Below are positions 27,853-32,000 of a stretch of DNA of 32,000 nucleotides, piece after piece (the stretch's first letter is position 1; every line of letters starts with the position of its first letter). This DNA is from Dickeya dadantii NCPPB 898 (lineage in GTDB: Bacteria; Pseudomonadota; Gammaproteobacteria; Enterobacterales; Enterobacteriaceae), in the NCBI RefSeq assembly GCF_000406145.1, contig NZ_CM001976.1:4393075-4425074 (forward strand), in the 5' to 3' direction. Under the pieces are notes generated by a model. It did no database searches. It worked only from the letters and a program-made list of their open reading frames with translations, and was not told the origin of the DNA. Made by a program: the position numbers and the translations under genes.

Positions 27853-27911
27853 GTTAAAGTCTGAAACCGGTACGAAGCATTTAATTTACAGTTTGGGATA
27901 GAGATCAAATT

Positions 27912-28430
27912 ATGTCAGGACAAAGTATTATTCTGATGGGGGTTTCCGGCAGCGGGAAATCCAGCGTGGGCGCCCGGCTGGCACGGGAAATCAACGCCAA
28001 ATTCATCGACGGCGACGATCTGCATCCCAGAGCCAATATCCAGAAAATGGCCAGCGGTCAGCCGCTCAACGACGACGACCGCGCCCCCTGGCTGGAGCGC
28101 CTGAACGACGCCGCCTACAGCCTGCTGCATAAAAATGAAACCGGCATTATCGTCTGTTCTGCGCTGAAAAAGCGCTACCGTGACCGGCTGCGCGAAGGCA
28201 ACGACGGCATGGTGTTCCTGTATCTGAAAGGCAGTTTCGAGGTGATTCTGCAGCGTCATCAAGCGCGCGCCGGGCATTTTATGCCGACCGGACTGCTGCA
28301 AAGCCAGTTTGATGCACTGGAAGAACCGGATGAGACGGAAACCGATGTCATCACCGTCGATATCAACGGCCCGATGGATCAGGTCGTGGAGCGGTGCGCG
28401 GCGGCGTTACGCGCGCACCCGTCGCGCTGA
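27912..28430 (+). CDS. gntK: gluconokinase (thermoresistant GntK type)
   Basis: 172 aa. It has the P-loop LMGVSGSGKS, and DGDDLHPRANIQKMASGQPLNDDDRAPWL and IVCSALKKRYRD are collinear with E. coli GntK. Confidence 0.93.
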   Translation: MSGQSIILMGVSGSGKSSVGARLAREINAKFIDGDDLHPRANIQKMASGQPLNDDDRAPWLERLNDAAYSLLHKNETGIIVCSALKKRYRDRLREGNDGMVFLYLKGSFEVILQRHQARAGHFMPTGLLQSQFDALEEPDETETDVITVDINGPMDQVVERCAAALRAHPSR

Positions 28431-28440
28431 AAGCACCGGC

Positions 28441-29439
28441 CTAGACGCTCTCTCCCACCTGCAGGGTAAAGCCGACGTCCACGCTGGCCGTCGGCAACGT
28501 TTCCCCATGCAAACGCGCCAGCAGTTGCGCGGCGCCGACTTCGCCAATGCGCTTACGCGGCGTCAGTACGCTGGTCAGCCGCGGCACCGTAGTCTGGCCG
28601 ATATCGTGACCGTGGAAACCGGCGATGCCCATCTGTTCGGGAACGCGCAACCCTTGCCGCTGGCATTCGAACATGGCGCCGATAGCCAGGTCATCGTTGG
28701 TGCAGAACAGGCTGTCCACCTGCGGGTATTCCGCCTGCGCCCGGCGCAACAGTTCGCCGCCCAGCGTATAGGACGACGGGCTTTCGCTCATCACGCTGTA
28801 ACTGGCAAGACCGGCTTCGGCCATCGCCTGGGCGTAGCCTTGCTGTTTCATTAGCGTTCGTTCGTCCTGACGCGCGCCAAGGTAGACCACATGGCGACGG
28901 CCGCGCGCGATCATGTAACGCGTCATCTGGCGCGCGGCATCCACGTTATCGAACCCTACCGCCATATCAAGACAGGGCGACACGGAATCCATCAACTCCA
29001 CCACCGGGATCCCGGCCACGGCGATCATCTGGCGGGTACGGGCGGTGTGATTGCGCTCGGCGAGGATCAGTCCGTCAATGTTGTAGGCCAGCAATGACAT
29101 CAAACGTCGCTCTTCCATTTCCGGCTGATAACCGTAATGCGCCAGCATGGTTTGATATCCCTGCGCTTCCGCCACTTTTTCGATGCCGCGCAACACCTCG
29201 GCGAATACCTGGTTGGTGAGCGACGGCAGCAGTACGCCGATGGCCCGGCTGGTGGAATTGGCGAGAATGTGCGGCGTTCGGTTGGGAATGTACCCTAGTT
29301 CATCCAGTACGGCGGCGATTTTTCCCCTCAGCGCCGCGGACACCTGCTCGGGGTTGCGCAAATAGCGGCTGACCGTCATTTTGGTCACCCCGACTCGGTC
29401 GGCGACATCCTGAAGAACCGGCCTTTTTTTCTTGATCAT
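28441..29439 (-). CDS. gntR: gluconate repressor, LacI family
   Basis: 332 aa. MIKKKRPVLQDVADRVGVTKMTVSRYLRNPEQVSAALRGKIAAVLDELGYIPNR and AIGVLLPSLTNQVFAEVLRGIE are near-identical to E. coli GntR. Confidence 0.95.
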   Translation of the reverse strand: MIKKKRPVLQDVADRVGVTKMTVSRYLRNPEQVSAALRGKIAAVLDELGYIPNRTPHILANSTSRAIGVLLPSLTNQVFAEVLRGIEKVAEAQGYQTMLAHYGYQPEMEERRLMSLLAYNIDGLILAERNHTARTRQMIAVAGIPVVELMDSVSPCLDMAVGFDNVDAARQMTRYMIARGRRHVVYLGARQDERTLMKQQGYAQAMAEAGLASYSVMSESPSSYTLGGELLRRAQAEYPQVDSLFCTNDDLAIGAMFECQRQGLRVPEQMGIAGFHGHDIGQTTVPRLTSVLTPRKRIGEVGAAQLLARLHGETLPTASVDVGFTLQVGESV

Positions 29440-29676
29440 CCGTTGACATCCCCGTGGCTGAAAACACCGATTGTACTAAAGAAATGGTTAGCAGAATATG
29501 TACTTGAACACAGGTTATAAAATCGGACAGGGTACAGTCGCGCAAATAATACACGTTGACATTATTTATATTTTTATTGTTTGCTGATTATTAATTATAA
29601 ATAACAACCAATAGGAATATATACCCTAAATAATTCGAGTTACAGGACAACAGGCTCGCGTGTTGAACAACATCAC

Positions 29677-29750
29677 GCGTTGGCCCAGGGATGGGCCGAG
29701 TAATAAAGCCAACGCACCTGCAACGTGAAGTATGACGGCTATATCGCCAA
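29677..29750. repeat. ERIC/IRU-like intergenic repeat, copy B
   Basis: The 28-nt core at 29707-29734 is identical to copy A. An 8-bp inverted repeat, GCGTTGGC (29677-84) / GCCAACGC (29708-15), encloses a loop containing CCAGGGATGG. The same loop motif occurs in the 75-bp tandem units at the window end. Confidence 0.6.
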
Positions 29751-30096
29751 TAAATTGGATTTTTATATTAATAAGAAAATAGGCAATGAATAATTTTTAT
29801 TATAAGTAGCTTCACATATTGATGTTACATTCTTATTCATGCAGTAAAGCAAGCGGGTGGAAATGGAAACAACCGTATTTTTATATCGGCCATTTGATGA
29901 CATCGACCGCGATTATCATCACGGATATCGCCAGAATAACGATGATGGCCTCGACCCGGAACCGTTTTAATACCATCACCTCGCCCAGTTATGTGTTTAT
30001 GGCTAAACCCGCCATGTCAGTCCTGTCGCATTTGGGCACATTTGCAGGCAAACGTTGTTGCACAGCACAAAATCATGACATTCAGGAGCAATTAGT

Positions 30097-30912
30097 ATGA
30101 CGACTATTCCAACATTTGGATCGTACACGGTGGCGGATCCAAACACAGAACAGAGCTGGCGAGTAACGCACAGCACGACGGAACAACCAGGCGATAATAA
30201 TGGGGCTGTCGCGGACGACGTAAAAATTGACCGTCAGGATGTCAATATCAGCGCAGAAGCTCTCGGTAAATATCAGGCATATATTGAAGCGCGCAAAGCG
30301 GGTGATGCTACCTCTACTCAGTTGACTATCTCGGAAGGAACAGCGATTGACGTTCCTGATGCGCTCAGCGAAGAAGAGCTTGCCGAGTTGATGAAGCCGA
30401 CTGATACCTGGACCGAGCGGATGAAAATAGTGGACCAGGAGACACTCAACCTGCGTTCGGTGTCTTCTCAAATTGAGTCGACTTATATGTCTTTCCTGGA
30501 ACAGCTTGGCAAAGATAATCCGGATTTAAAGGGAGCGACTTTCGGTTTCAGCGTGAGTAAGTACAACAGGATCGTGGTCACCGGAGCAGAAGGGCTGAGC
30601 CAGGAGCAGATTCAGCGGCTGGAACGGGCGCTTAATTCATCCCGCGAGCTGGTGGATCAGGCGAATAAACTGGCCGATACCCAAATCGCGCTCTTCGAGG
30701 CTGAAAGTCCTAACGCCGTAATCGCCTTTAACCGGGACAACTACGCCCAAACCATCGATATCGGCGCAGAACTCCTGTCAAGAAATCGCGCTCGTTACGC
30801 CGCTCGGGACGGCTCAGCGAATGATGTTCATCAGAAGAACTGGGACAACAACTGGCGGCAGCAGCTGGCGCGTAAAGGCGTCCGAATTAGCAATGAGGGT
30901 GTAGAAGCATAA
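30097..30912 (+). CDS. hypothetical protein, 271 aa, acidic, Cys-free, no signal peptide or TM segment, no family recognised
   Basis: A long ORF with an AGGAG SD 9 nt upstream of the ATG. It occupies a position that is empty in E. coli (gntR is adjacent to yhhW there) and is flanked by AT-rich DNA. Coding status is inferred from length, SD and non-random composition only. Confidence 0.6.
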   Translation: MTTIPTFGSYTVADPNTEQSWRVTHSTTEQPGDNNGAVADDVKIDRQDVNISAEALGKYQAYIEARKAGDATSTQLTISEGTAIDVPDALSEEELAELMKPTDTWTERMKIVDQETLNLRSVSSQIESTYMSFLEQLGKDNPDLKGATFGFSVSKYNRIVVTGAEGLSQEQIQRLERALNSSRELVDQANKLADTQIALFEAESPNAVIAFNRDNYAQTIDIGAELLSRNRARYAARDGSANDVHQKNWDNNWRQQLARKGVRISNEGVEA

Positions 30913-30990
30913 GCCTATCGGGAGCGCAACCAGCCTCAACCACTGGCAGTTTGGTAGCGAATTATACCTCCGCTGCACGGCGGCGAACCA

Positions 30991-31014
30991 GGGCGTTCCG
31001 GCACGGGAACGCCC
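30991..31014. other. 9-bp GC stem-loop between the convergent hypothetical gene and yhhW
   Basis: GGGCGTTCC-ggcacg-GGAACGCCC. There are no U-tracts, so terminator function is unproven. Confidence 0.4.
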
Positions 31015-31032
31015 CTCTAAACGCCGCCGCCG

Positions 31033-31731
31033 TCACTTGACCGGCGGTAAATCAAACAGCAGGATTTCACTGTCTTCGCTGGCACGCACGGTGATGGAAT
31101 CCTCATCCCAGATAGCCAGCGCGTCGCTGGCGGTGGCCTGCTGACCGTTGATCTCAATGGTGCCGCGTACCACCTGAATCCACAGGTGACGACCCTGCTG
31201 GGTCTGGTAAACCGACTCTTCCTGCGATTTCAGCGCCCAGCGCCACAGCGTCATGTCCTGGAACACCTTCAGCGACCCGTCGCGAGCATCCGGCGACAAT
31301 ACCAGTTGACGGCCCTGCGGCGCGTCAAAACGGCGCTGTTCGTAACGCGGCGTCAGGCCGGTTTTTTCCGGGATCACCCAGATCTGATATAGGTGCAGCA
31401 GTTCGTCCTGACTGGCGTTGTACTCCGAGTGACGAATCCCGGTGCCGGCGCTCATGATCTGGAACTCGCCCGCCGGGATCTGCTCTTTGTTGCCCATGCT
31501 GTCCTGATGTTCCACCGTGCCTTGCAGCACATAGGTGAGAATTTCCATATCCCGGTGCGGGTGGGTTCCAAAACCCTGGCCGCCCTCGATACGGTCTTCA
31601 TTGATCACCCGCAGCGCGGAGAAGCCCATGAAATCAGGGTCGTAATAATCGGCGAATGAAAAAGTATGCCAGCTGTCGAGCCAGCCGTGATTGGCATGAC
31701 CACGATCTTGTGCTTTGCGTAGATAAATCAT
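31033..31731 (-). CDS. yhhW: pirin-family protein (quercetin 2,3-dioxygenase YhhW)
   Basis: 232 aa. MIYLRKAQDRGHANHGWLDSWHTFSFADYYDP and GFGTHPHRDMEILTYVLQGTVEHQDSMGN (cupin His ligands) are near-identical to E. coli YhhW. Confidence 0.95.
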   Translation of the reverse strand: MIYLRKAQDRGHANHGWLDSWHTFSFADYYDPDFMGFSALRVINEDRIEGGQGFGTHPHRDMEILTYVLQGTVEHQDSMGNKEQIPAGEFQIMSAGTGIRHSEYNASQDELLHLYQIWVIPEKTGLTPRYEQRRFDAPQGRQLVLSPDARDGSLKVFQDMTLWRWALKSQEESVYQTQQGRHLWIQVVRGTIEINGQQATASDALAIWDEDSITVRASEDSEILLFDLPPVK

Positions 31732-31810
31732 ATTGCGCTCCTCGAATGTTTTTTTTCAGTCTAGCGGCCGGCCGGGAATAAGAAAGCCGAAAAAACTCAC
31801 CGCTCTATTC

Positions 31811-32000
31811 AAAAAATTTCCGGGAGAAATTTTCGACGTCGCACCGCGACGGCCCGTAGGGTGGCGGCCAGGGATGGCACGCCACAAAAAATTTCCGGGA
31901 GAAATCTTTGACGTCGCACCGCGACAGCCCGCAGGGTGGCGGCCAGGGATGGCACGCCACAAAAAATTTCCGGGAGAAATTTTTGATGTCGCACCGCGAC
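31811..32000. repeat. 75-bp tandem repeat array, at least 2.5 units, truncated by the window end
   Basis: Units start at 31811, 31886 and 31961. Unit 1 and unit 2 differ at 4 of 75 positions. Each unit contains an AT-rich palindrome AAAATTTC-N5-GAAATTTT and two GC hairpins (CGTCGC-acc-GCGACG; GTGGCG-N13-CGCCAC). Confidence 0.9.

Noticed and set aside
29863-29970. Mini-ORF METTVFLYRPFDDIDRDYHHGYRQNNDDGLDPEPF (35 aa) upstream of the 271-aa gene; also the 93-aa track ORF at 29819..30100.
   Set aside because: The GGTGGA SD-like string is too close to the ATG (2-3 nt), there is no supporting conservation, and the length is short. The 93-aa ORF starts at a non-ATG codon, is Ser/Thr/Cys-rich and overlaps the SD and start of the downstream gene.
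29958-29985. hrp-box-like string GGAACC-N15-CCTCGCC, about 115 bp upstream of the 271-aa ORF.
   Set aside because: The downstream element differs from the HrpL consensus CCACNNA at two positions, including the conserved A. A single GGAACC is expected by chance, so it is kept only as something to test.
31811-32000. Possibility that the terminal repeats are a CRISPR array.
   Set aside because: The units are directly contiguous (75-bp period) with no unique spacers, they are longer than CRISPR repeats, and no cas genes or leader are present.

Overview
This is a 32-kb chromosomal segment from a GC-rich member of the Enterobacterales. Gene content and order follow the E. coli K-12 malP-glp-glg-asd-gnt-yhhW neighbourhood. 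Composition and accessory content suggest a Pectobacteriaceae/Dickeya-like genome, but I cannot verify the taxon. The backbone, left to right, is: malP (5' end only, -), glpR (-), glpG (-), glpE (-), glpD (+), glgP-glgA-glgC-glgX-glgB (-), asd (-), a yhgN-like MarC protein (+), a GntT-like gluconate permease (-), gntK (+), gntR (-) and the yhhW pirin (-). Four accessory segments interrupt this backbone. (1) A ~6.7-kb mosaic block lies between glpG and glpE. It carries an uncharacterised sugar-acid-type catabolic cluster behind a perfect CRP site: a DeoR-HTH::ribokinase fusion, a DHDPS/NanA-family aldolase, a YhcH/NanQ-family protein and an anion:cation-symporter-type MFS permease. This is followed by a very AT-rich islet with a degenerate YdiV-like EAL protein, a canonical stand-alone EAL phosphodiesterase and a small helical ORF. 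(2) Between glgB and asd sit an orphan BtsS/YehU-like LytS-family histidine kinase, a cspA-type cold-shock gene with a conserved promoter and cold-box leader, and an orphan nikR. (3) A 271-aa Cys-free hypothetical protein lies between gntR and yhhW. (4) A 75-bp tandem repeat array runs off the right end. Recognisable regulatory DNA includes two perfect CRP consensus sites, a perfect 30-bp palindrome made of two overlapping GntR operators, and a five-unit tandem array of GlpR-operator-like repeats in front of glpD. ERIC-like intergenic repeats occur at least twice. I recognised no tRNA, rRNA, CRISPR array, transposase or integrase. The best candidates for something undescribed are the sugar-acid cluster and the EAL-like/EAL/small-protein islet inside the glp island. 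All calls rest on motif-level reading and recollection of E. coli orthologues, not on database searches.
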